This document shows, piece after piece, positions 12,601-23,097 of a stretch of 64,000 bases of DNA. Under the pieces are notes generated by a model. It was not told where the DNA came from. It saw nothing but the letters and a program-made list of their open reading frames with translations, and searched no databases. The DNA is from Cenococcum geophilum (taxonomy: Eukaryota). Positions within the stretch are counted from its first letter, which is position 1, and each line of letters opens with the position of its first letter. Both the position numbers and the translations under genes were made by a program. The stretch is from assembly GCA_050273025.1 (NCBI GenBank), contig CP158635.1:21948001-22012000 (forward strand). The letters run 5' to 3'.

Positions 12601-14365
12601 TAGCAGCCTTATATTCGTTAGATAGAGGCATATAAGAGTATAGATTATACTAATGTAGATTAATAGCGCTAAGTGTAAAGAATAGAGACCCGCTCTTAAT
12701 ATTCTCAGTATAAGCCGTAAGCTTATTTCTCTTCTGCCTCTAGTAAGGTCTAGTGCCCTTAAGGTTCCATACATACCATACAATCTTATTCAGTAACTGG
12801 CCACCCCTATTACTATTTATAAGATTACTAAGCTTATTTAAAGATAGACTATTCTTATCTAATCAGCCGCAAAGGAAGCGGGTGGCGTTAAGGGCTTACT
12901 CTCTTATAATCTAATTAAATATATAGTAGTGAAATAAGGGGTAGCGGCCAAACCAACCGTTCTAATACTTAAGCATATGCTTAGCGTACGCAGCTAGGGT
13001 AACCGTACGGCTTCATAGCATGTCAAAATCGGCTTTACCATAAGGAAACAGAGTAGGAAAGGCGCTACGCATAATGAAGCTAGCTAATCGCTCAGAGAGA
13101 GGTGTCTATCGCACAGTGGGAACCTCTAGGCCCGCTTATAGGTCTTGTTAGTGTTGAACCTCGCGACCTAAAAGCTCCAATTCATTAAGGTTAGGTACTA
13201 AATCAGGAACCAAAGTATCCAGTACGTCGTCATTAAATTCACCGTCTAGTATATTACTGCTAAGCTTGGTAGGCAGAGGATTAATAGCAAAAGGACGTTG
13301 CACAGGAGTAGTAGGGTAAGCCGTTGGGCCACTAGAATCAGACTCTAACTTATTAATATAAGGTAGCTAATCTAATATAGAGCCATTTTCGGGTAAGCTA
13401 GTAAGCCGAGTGCTATATATTTCAACGTCGCGATAATTAGGATGATTGGCCTTTAGAAAGTAAAGCCACTATACTATAGCAGAGCGCCTTATAGTATACC
13501 GCTTGGTGAACCGCTGACCTAGGTATTCGCCACCCTTTACTGCCGCAGGCCTCACGACCAGTATATCGAGTTCAGTAGGTAGCCGTGGTAGCTGCCTCTA
13601 AGTCTTTAGTATGTTCTGGCCAAAGCAGCAGATGTGGCCAGTATAGTAATATTACTGGCCGTATACACGCACGACTTGCAGATAAACGTATACGCGCGCA
13701 ATTAGAAGCTCCTCCACCGCGGTAAGTATAGGTAGGAAGCCAGGAACAGGCCCTAGATCAAGCCCATTGCTTTCACCAAACAGGGGAGAAAGGGTTAGAT
13801 ATTTAAGGCTATTGGCGTCCTTAATGCAGGCTTTATATATACCTATATTGTCACCCTCCGTAGCTAGGCCCATTTAGAACCACCACTCCTTGTAACGACT
13901 GCACGTCTCTATACATTCAGCCTATAGTATACTCCTAAACTTCTTAATTCGCTCCCAATTAACAGCCGAAACGGGTAGTAATGTAGCCGTAGTCGGAGCT
14001 TGCCGCGAGAAAGGTGGTATTAGTGGTAGGGTAGGTATTAGCGGTAGAGTAGGTATAGGAGCTAGTTCCGGTAAGGACGTATTTGGGCCATCTAGGGTGC
14101 TTCTTCTGCTGCACGGAGCTTCATCTGTAGTATATAGCGGAGGAGTAGGCAAGTAAGCTTCACCCCGCCGATTAAGAATGCGGTGCTCCCGTTATATTAC
14201 CCTAATTGTCTTCCGCCATTAAGCTATTTTAGGGGTATCTTAACTATTCTAGCCGCGAGGTAAGAAGATGTCCTCAGTATCGGTTTTAGGTAAAGCATTT
14301 CGCTAGCGCTTTATAGGACGAGTCTTAGTAGAACTAAGCTCTGCTTTCCGCCTATTTAAATCATA
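9616..14365 (-). pseudogene. Helitron Rep (HUH endonuclease)-PIF1 helicase, RIP-inactivated; start approximate
   Basis: After reversing RIP: C..CKE.WF (~13890), LTAVEELLIARV (~13720), Rep motif RYEWQ.RGSGHIH (~12440), INYIGKY (~11955), Walker A GEAGTGK (~10935), LLVGDFHQLPP (~10575), QF..TLAFALTV.KSQGLTL (~9840), YVAISRV (~9750). Confidence 0.9.
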
Positions 14366-17170
14366 TTTAGAGCCCTAGGAAAGTAAGTAAAAGTAGAAGA
14401 AATATATAGGGAAAACGCGCCTTTAACCAACATAATTGACATTACTTTAAAAGCTTAGTAGATAGGCCGTTTTTAATAAAATTAATACAGGGTTGTATTA
14501 AACAGCACTTACTACACTTAATTAGAGCAGGTTCTACTATAGTTAAGACGCGTATAGTAGTATTAATAGAGATATCAACAAAAAGGTTAATTTGTCAATA
14601 GTGAGATCTTAAATATTTTAATGTTCGTCACGTATATTCTGCAGGTAAATACCACCCACGGTTTTTTTTAGACCAATTAAAAGCCGGCTTGGCAAGGGTT
14701 TGAAATCCAGGACCTGAAAATATAGACCACTCGTACCTCGGGTCAATAAAATAGAAACGGGGTATTTATAGGAATAACGTAAAAAGTAATATACCCTAAG
14801 GGGGTTTAGACTCTAATTATGCTAAAAAAGATCGTAGTACCCTTACCAAAACAAATCGTATATTGGCCTGCCGTTAATTAGTTAATCTAAACAGAGCTAT
14901 TAAGCTACTAAAGAGCTTAAACTTAAGGTTCTCCTGCTATAAATACTCCTGCGGCTTTAGTATCTGGTATAATACTATAGAAGACATTTACTAAGTATCT
15001 ATTATTAAAGGAGAATATAGAGCTCTCCTTTAGCTTATTAAAGATATCTAACTTTATAATAGAATATAGCGTAGATTAGTTATTAAGAACAGTGATGGTT
15101 TGTATACTATCTACCTTACTATACTTAGTAAAGTATTAGTTAGGTAAGTAGTTCTTAATTTCTATATCCATAAGGAGCTGTTCAGCCTTATTAACCTTAC
15201 CCTTAAGATCTTCTATACCTTTATATTAAACCAGGAAGCTTTAGAAGTAGGCCGTAGTAACCTTATAATTTCTAACGTTTCTTATACTTTGGCGAAACTT
15301 ATTATATACCTTCTTTCGCTTATTAAGAAAATGCCTAGTTAACTAGCAATTTAGTTTCTTATAAATATAGCACTTCTTTTAGCGATTACTTCGAAATAAA
15401 CCTCTATAAGGACCTCTACCTTTACCTTATAGTCGTTAATTATACCCTCTACCATATTACCTACCATGGCTACTATATATTCGATTAGTCCAGTTATAAT
15501 TATATTAGTTAGCTAGGTCGTCCGGGTTAATTAAAGTAGACTAAAGTTAGGTATTAAATTGCTGTACTTCTTAAGAGCGTAGAGTAGTGCTAATAGAAGA
15601 TCTTAATTAAGTATATACTCCTTCGTAAGTATTTATAGGATTAAAGAGAGTAAGGTTATATTCTTTAACACCTTAGCATACGCTAATAACTTAATCACGT
15701 AGGTTAAAATCCTCTTAATATGATTTAGATAGATTACGCTAGATTATCTAAAGTTAATTAAAGAGCTTTTAAAGATAATTAAGCTAAGGAACACCTGGGT
15801 TTATAGCAATAATCCTTAAAAAGGTAATCTCTCTCTATTCTAACATATACTACTACTTATTCTCTTCTATTTTAAAGTAGTATCTTAACTTATATATTAT
15901 GCGGTTAAAGTTATATCCTTTTCCTACTAAACAATTATAATAGAAGGTACTAGCTCGGCCCCTAAGCATAACAGAATAGGTGTTGTAGTATTAATTAGAC
16001 TCTATTCCTACCTTCTAATAATAGTTATAGAAGATACGCAATTTTAAATTAAGAATATTATATAATTCCCTACTAAACTTCTTCTCCTAATCCGAATAGA
16101 GCTTTGTAAGCTCTATAAGCAATTTTAAAATGCCTCCAATTTAAGATTAAGATAAAGGAGGTAGGAGTTGCATTGCAGGCTGCAGTAGGGACGTAGGTCT
16201 GGTTGGTAGAGTCTTTAGGTTATTAAATCGCGAAGTAATAGGATCCTGTGCCTACTCTTATTAGGGTATAGTATCCAACATTAAAGTTACGGGTTAAATT
16301 AGAGACAGAGAAGTTAAAGGTAGAGGTAGATTTATCTCTAGAGATATATTACTTAGATTCCATTATAAGTTAAGCTTCCTTATAGTACGTAGTTAATGCT
16401 TAATCTCTTATAGAGTCTATTTATGCTCTTCTTTTGCGTTAATAATATGCTCCTAAATATTATCTCTAATAACTCCCCCATTTATAGGGATAAATACTCT
16501 ATACTCCTAAAGGAAGTTACGGAAGTCCCGTATAATATCCTTATTTATAGGAACCTATATTTCCTTTATCCATCTAATAAAGTCCTCCTTTATATAATAC
16601 TATAGTATAGTATTATTATATTTGCTGTCTTTATAGTATGCCATACGGTATAATAGGAATCCGTTTAGGTCCTATTGCTCGGCGTTTATAGGGTTAATTA
16701 TAGCTTTATTCTATATCTTTAGGTTAATATCTTTCTTATACTTCTTTGGGTAGGTTAACGCTATAATAGCTATTATCTCGTTAATTAAAAAATAAGGAAA
16801 ATAAAGGTTGTTTAACGTATATTTAGGTATTAATTATAATCCTATAATCTATGAAGGTACACAGAGGGTGTTAAGGTAGTTATTTAACGCGTTTTAGACG
16901 TTGACTTAGGACCCTAGGTTTAGTGATACTTCTAACCTAAAGTACTTAACCAAGTCTTCGTAAATATGGTTGTTCTACATAATAGACGCAACTTAGTATC
17001 TCCTAGTACTTAGTGACACTTCTATTACTAGTTTTCCGCAAGTCTAAGGTAGTATAGTATCGCCGAGATCTATTCCATATAAGCGCATATAGCACCCCTA
17101 CACGAGATTATTTCTTCTATTTGAAAACCTAGCTGCTCTATAGTTGACTGTGTATTTAACCACTAATTAG

Positions 17171-17331
17171 TGTTAGTCACATAGGGTGACTTACCAATAA
17201 CGACTACTTAAGTAGGTTACAGTGATGTTGGTTAATATGCTTGTAGGAATAAGGAAGGACGAGGAGCCTAAGACTCCTCGCTACGCTAGTGCCGCGGCGA
17301 CACGTGACGACCGCTTGCCTTATTCCCGACA
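17171..17331 (-). repeat. 5' LTR of GalEa-like Copia copy 1
   Basis: Direct repeat of 3470-3630, followed by TSD GGTAC. Confidence 0.95.
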
Positions 17332-20300
17332 GGTACAGATAATACGTGAGCTGATATATTAAGTTAAAAGGCTAAACTGTAAAATAATAAAAAGCTATTA
17401 GGGGCTTTATTGCGAAAAGACATAGATAGATTAATTAGATATAATTATCCGAAAATTACAGCGACTTATAAAAATAAACTAGATAGAGTTTATAAGTTAC
17501 TAAAAAGCTTTTAGGTATAAAGAATTCTAGAAGTATAGCTAGAAGATCTATAGATGGATATATATAAAAACTAAGAAGTAAAGTACATCCTAAGAAGCAT
17601 AGCAGAGCAATTTATAGAAGATTTCTATAAAGGACTAACTTAAGGACATAACGGAGCTATAGGCTTAGTATTAAGACTCTAGGAGGAGTACATTATTGAC
17701 GGAATCTAGGGTATAGCACGAAAAGTTATAAAGAAGTGTTTAGATTATTAAAGGAATAAACTAATGAAGTATAAGCTATATAGAGGGTTATAACCTATTA
17801 AAATACCAGAGAGACTATAGGAGGTTATATTATAGGACTTTATTATTAAGTTACTAAAATTAAGAGATCCTATTATAGGATAAGATTATAATGCAATCTT
17901 AGTAATAGTAGATAAGCTTATAAAGTGGGGATACTTTATAGCCTATACGGAAGAAATCTCAGCGGAAGATGTCGCTAGAATCTATATAAAAGAAGTATTT
18001 ATAAGATATGGAGCACTAAGTAAAATTATATTAGATAGAGATCTAAGATTTATAGCAGCATTCTAGGAGGTATTCTTAGCGAAGTAAGGAGTTTAAGCAG
18101 CAACTTTTACTATATATTATCCGCAGACAGACGGTTAAATAGAAAGATTAAACTAGATACTAGAGTAGTATCTAAGGCACTATATTAATCACGCACAGAA
18201 TAATTAGGTATTATTATTACTAGTTATATAGTTTATATATAATATAACACTATAGGAAGGAATAGGTACTTTACTATTTAAGGCGAATTACGAATATAAG
18301 CTAAGAATATCGTTATCGCCACGTTAAGTAAAGAAGATAAGTAGTACAGCTAAGTAAAGAATGGAGACTTTAATAAATCTTTATAAGAACCTTATAGAAA
18401 TAGCTAAGGTAGTATAGCAAAGGATAAAAAAATACTACGACGCTAAGAGATCTGAGGGACCAGATCTTAGGGAGGGAGATAAAGTATAGCTACTACACAA
18501 AAATTTTAAGAGTTAATAACTAAGTAAGAAGTTAGACTACGTTAGACTAGGACCTTTTAAAATTATATAGAGAATTTTACTAGTTACGTTTAAGTTAAAC
18601 CTACTAGCTAGAATAAAAATCTACCTAGTATAGTATATTATAATGCTAGAGCTAGTATATAGGAATGTTAAGCCATTAGTTTATAAAGTAGATATGTATA
18701 AAGGATAAGAAGAAGATAAATAGCAAGTTTTAAAGATTATTAGTTATAAGGACATTAACAATAAAATATAGTATAAGGTAAAGTGGATAGGCTATAATAA
18801 GACTACTTAGGAACTATTACGGCCTATTCTCTATAGGAGTACCGTAAAAAGGCAAAGAACTTTTCTAGCCTATAGTCCCTTAAAAGTAAACTGCTTAAGT
18901 ACTACGAACGGCTAGTGGTAGTAAAGGAACAGAACTTACGGACTTGGCTTATTGCCGAAGTATATACCTAGGTCTCTACGGCCTACCCTAAAAAAAATAA
19001 AACCCGTAAGATTATTAGCGACCGCTACTACTAGCCCAAAATAATTATAGATATTAACCGCTATATACAGAACTGTAATAACTGCCGTAGGTCCATAATT
19101 CTATAAGATAAAACCCTAGGACTATTAAAACCCCTCTTAATACCCAACCGCCTCTAGTAATATATCTCTATAGACTTTTATAAGCTACCTCTAGACTATA
19201 ATAGATATAATATAGTTATAATCCTAGTTAACTGCTTTAGCAAGCGCCCGTTCTTAATTCCCTATTATAAAAATATTAATGCTAAAGAGGCGGCCCGACT
19301 ATATATTTACTATATCTACCAAATTTACGGACTACTAGATACTATTATATCCGATTATAGGCTATAGTTTATATTAGCCTTTTAGAATAAGTTTACCCGG
19401 ATTTTAGGTATTAAGCTAAAGCTTTTTATAGTATATTACCCCTAAACAGACGGTTAAATAGAGATTATAAATTAATACTTAGACTAGAGACTCTGGCCTT
19501 TTATTAACTACTTTTAGGATAACTAGGCTAAACTATTACCCTTAATAGACTACGCCCAAGTAACCCTACCTCATAACTCTACCGGATTTACCCCTATTTA
19601 ACTAGAAATAGGTTACTTACCCTATATAAGCTTTAACTAGGAAAGACTAGAAGGGCCCTAGACTATACGCGAAAAACTATCTTATAAGGAAGCCTAGCAG
19701 TATACTAAGCGCTTAGAAGAAGCCTAGAAAGTAGCCTATACAAACCTAAAAACGGCCTAGAAATTAATAGAATAGTAGGCAAATAAGTATAGGCGTGAGC
19801 CTAACTTTACTATAGGCGATATAGTTTAGGTTATAATAAAGAACTAAAAAATAAAATGGCCTAGCTATAAGCTAGACTATAAGATAGCAGGACCATATAA
19901 GATTTTTAATAAAGTAGGTAACTTATATAAGGTTAAGCCCCTAAACTTAAGTAAAGTTTACCCTATCTTCTTACTAGATAAGCTATAGAAAGCTATAAAT
20001 AACCTACTACCTAAATAAAAGAATAAACCTCCCCTACTAATTTAAGTTAATAGCGATAATAAATAGGAAATTAAAGAAATACTGGCCTATAAACTTATAA
20101 AGGGAACGTTAAAATATTATATTAGTTGGAAGGGATATAACCCGGACCCCACTTAGTACCCTATATAAAACTTTATAAGTAGTCCCTATAAGCTTTAGGA
20201 GTTTTATAGCCGTTACCCTAATAAACCTAGACCGCTAAAGTACCTAAATAAGTGGATAGAATATTAGTATAATAAAGATAATAAGCTACCAGAAGAATAT

Positions 20301-20458
20301 AAGGATAAAAACGCCCTAGAAATTTCTTAGTTATATAAGGTTTTAAGATATATAGGAACTTTAACTGGCGGTTAAAGTTATCTAATTAGTTAGATTCTCT
20401 TACTAAGACTTTTAGTGATAAAGCCTAAGGGCAGGCTTTTTTAGAGGGGGGGGGGTAA

Positions 20459-20662
20459 TGTTACGGCACTGGTAGAACTTGGTAAAACTTTGCGGTTATA
20501 TAACTAGAGGACCGCATAAAAGAACCCTTCTTTAACTAGCGCTGCTCTCCTTCTCCTTTCCTTTCTCTAGCTTTAGATTCTTGTTTATAGACAATCTAAT
20601 CGTATAGGCTTGTATACGTCCTTCTTACTGTGCTTATATCTCGATTAACTAAGTCGCTAACA
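20459..20662 (+). repeat. 3' LTR of Gypsy-A (204 bp)
   Basis: Follows the PPT; tgtta...taaca ends. Partner LTR is outside the window, so the right edge is unconfirmed. Confidence 0.75.
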
Positions 20663-22160
20663 ATACTTAAGCTTAAAGGAAGAGGCAAGGCTAGGCGTAA
20701 TAGCGCGATATAGGAAGTTATCCTTTATATAGAGTTTCTAATAAGGCACTATAAAGAAGTTAAAGCTTAATTAACTAAGGTAATGACGAAGGATTATCCT
20801 AATTAAGAGGTAATTAAGGATTACTATAAAATTAATGTTAATTGTAGGTGGGCGAAGCTTTAAAAATACTACGCGGCGCTTAATTAGACGCCTATTTACT
20901 ATGTAGCTTGCCTACTATACCCTAACCTTAAGCGATTCTGCTAAAATAACTAGAAAGAGAGGCCTAATTGGATAACTAGCTATAATGCTTTCTTTTAGGA
21001 GCTCTGGCTTAAGTATAAAGGAAAGAAGCTATAGTCGGCAGAGTAAGCCTCTAAGAAGAATTAGCCTTTGCAATCTAATATTAATAACTTTATTAGAAGC
21101 TTTATAGGTACCGCCTTTATTATAGCACCTTTTTTATCTAATAATTAAGAAAACGAGTACAAGTAGTGGAAGAAACTTAATTTATTAGCAGAAGATTATC
21201 TACTAGCTCGCGATCCGTTCTTATACTGGAGGATAATAGTAATAAAGTTTCCTAACCTTAGTTAAATGGCGCTTAATATACTAAGTATACTACTATTAAG
21301 CTATAATTACGAACGATTGTTTAGTGAGCTCGGTAATATACTTAAGCCTTATTACTTATAAATACGGCCTAATATTATTATAGCCTTGCAGTGTACACGA
21401 AGCTAGAACCGCAACGGCTTTATTAAATGCAAAAAATAACCTTTCCTAATAAGGAAATTGTATACTAGTTTGGACTTAACCGGAGATTGCGCCATTTAAT
21501 TTAGTTTACTGACTTTTAAATAGTACGACGTCCTACCTAAATTTTTAATTCTAGCCTCTAACTTTAGCGCTATTAAAAGGCGCGATCTCCTACTTTAGGA
21601 GCTTGTTTATATATATATAATAATATATAGAGAGGATTAGCTATATAGCTAGGTTAATATTACTGCCGTTATAGCGGGCGATTGATTTTTTGGGCATCTT
21701 TTATATAGGAAAACTCTGCATTAAATTTTAAGTTATATAACCTTCTCTGGGAACCGCTAGAGCGACAATAAGGTTTAATCCACACTATAGTAAGCTATCC
21801 TTATATAACATTTAGATATTATTATAGTAACTAATATTAACAGATTTGCCGCTTTAGATTAATAGAATTAAACCTTACTATTATTAATACTAGGGGTAAT
21901 TAATTTTGTTCCCTCTTAACTTTTAAGCTTAGCGCGAGCATTATAACACCAAACGCCTATTACTAGATTATAGCGTAGAGCTCCTAGATCCTCTTACCGT
22001 CGCGTAAAAATGTATATAAATCTATCTAAACAGTTAAATCTATTTAAACCGTTTACTAGTTTAATTAACTAAATAAAATAAATAAGCTTAAAGCTTTAAA
22101 ATATCCAATTAACCAAACCGAAGATTCGTAGTTTGAATTGTTTGTTTATTAGCAAGTCTA
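20663..22160 (+). mobile_element. 3' part of a hAT DNA transposon, RIP-degraded
   Basis: 21216-21408 reads PFLYWR...KFPNLS.MAL.ILSI....YERLFSELG...ALQCTRS(W), the hAT C-terminal dimerisation domain. Ends in TIR tttgtttattagcaagtcta 22141-22160. Confidence 0.82.
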
Positions 22161-22512
22161 TATATAACTTAACTGCTTATGTTTTTAAATCTTATCCATC
22201 CTCTTCAAGCCGTCTATTCCCCACCCTTCTGCTACAGTATATTAGCATTAGCTGTATTAGTTTGTATTTCCTAATAAGGCAAAAAATAACCTTATAATAA
22301 CTTAATGTTATGTACATATATACGGATTATAAGAATGTCCAGGATCACGAATTCAGAGGCCTGTGAAGAAAGACCAAATTTGTAGGAAGACGTTACTGCG
22401 TTTTAAAGCGGCCTTTTAGGAACTAAGGGCTTCTAGTTTGCTACTAAGGTCTAAAGGAAGTAGCGACATGTCGCCCTAGAGCTTATTCCCATATTTAAAT
22501 ATGTCTTACTAT

Positions 22513-23000
22513 TAGACTTGCTAGTAAACAAACCCCGTTTGCTAGTTTGTTTACTTATTTATTATTAATAACTATAATATAAAGTTCTTTAATTATACCT
22601 AGTTTTTATAGGTTATTAATACGTATAAGCTTTTAAAATATACTATTAAGTATATAGATATTAGACTACTAAAGTATATTATCCTTTACTTTAATTTAGA
22701 ACAACTTAATATAATACTAAATAACCTAATTTAACTATATATAACTCCTATTAGCTTTTATAATACTATCTTTTAAAAATAAATATAAGGTATAGTGTAT
22801 AGTATAATATAAGGCTATAATATATATCTAGATACTATATAAATAATATATCTTTACTTTATACTTTTATTAGTTAGGCTAAGTAGCTAATTATAGGTCT
22901 TAATATAAGAGATTAAACTAGAGATTAGACAGCTAAAGACGTTAAAGGAAATAATTCATTTAATAAGAAATCTAGGAATATAACTATTAATCCCCTGTTT
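22513..23000 (+). mobile_element. Truncated end of a second element of the same hAT family; right limit uncertain
   Basis: Begins tagacttgctagtaaacaaa, the reverse complement (19/20) of the TIR at 22141-22160, followed by extremely RIPed sequence. Confidence 0.6.
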
Positions 23001-23097
23001 ACTTACGTATCGAATACTTATAGAAAGAGGTCTTTTATGCACACTCTATACACCGCTATTAGAATCCTTCCATGCGAGCGCGCCCGTAGGCAGGTGA

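Larger units (their letters stand above)
6946..14746 (-). mobile_element. Helitron2/HLE2-like rolling-circle transposon (~7.8 kb)
   Basis: Copia sequence rejoins across it without a TSD (compare uninterrupted 52055-52085). Asymmetric inverted repeat: terminal ctcgggtcaa 14737-14746 and subterminal ttgacccgag 6978-6987. Hairpin cgttgg-tccc-ccaacg 6956-6971 near the 3' end. Rep-helicase motifs inside. Confidence 0.88.
3470..17331 (-). mobile_element. Ty1/Copia LTR retrotransposon, GalEa-like (copy 1), RIP-degraded, interrupted by Helitron
   Basis: 161 bp LTRs at 3470-3630 and 17171-17331 (TG...CA) with perfect TSD GGTAC. Minus-strand RT with IVGMQTDDT-like motif (~4950), integrase and gag. CTAATTAGT (RIPed CTAATCAGT) follows the 5' LTR. 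pol closely matches 49120-52830. Confidence 0.92.
3461..18817 (+). mobile_element. LTR-less ~1.5 kb internal fragment of a second Gypsy family ('Gypsy-B': RNase H end, integrase, chromodomain), split by a Copia; own sequence 3461-3469 and 17337-18817
   Basis: 17337-18100 aligns by eye with 63290-63990. Ends in a chromodomain (YKVKW.GY..TTWEP after reversing RIP). Gypsy-A joins across it: aaacta(3460)|tacggcc(18818). Confidence 0.78.
1..20662 (+). mobile_element. Ty3/Gypsy chromovirus LTR retrotransposon 'Gypsy-A', RIP-degraded, 5' part outside window, interrupted by nested inserts
   Basis: Degenerate protease (~300-650). RT with YLDNIIIYS (=YLDD) near 2495. RNase H ~2880-3300. Integrase 18818-19950 and chromodomain ~20060-20200 (WKGY.PD..W). 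PPT gagggggggggg then 3' LTR TG...CA 20459-20662. Many TAA/TAG stops. Confidence 0.9.

Noticed and set aside
3588..16605. Short ORFs of 60-97 aa within the transposon nests (also 29919-59361)
   Set aside because: Stop-free remnants or antisense frames of RIP-mutated transposon sequence, not functional genes.
20663..20667. ATACT after the Gypsy-A LTR equals the TRIM target duplication
   Set aside because: The LTRs are unrelated and a 5-mer match is likely by chance in RIPed AT-rich DNA.
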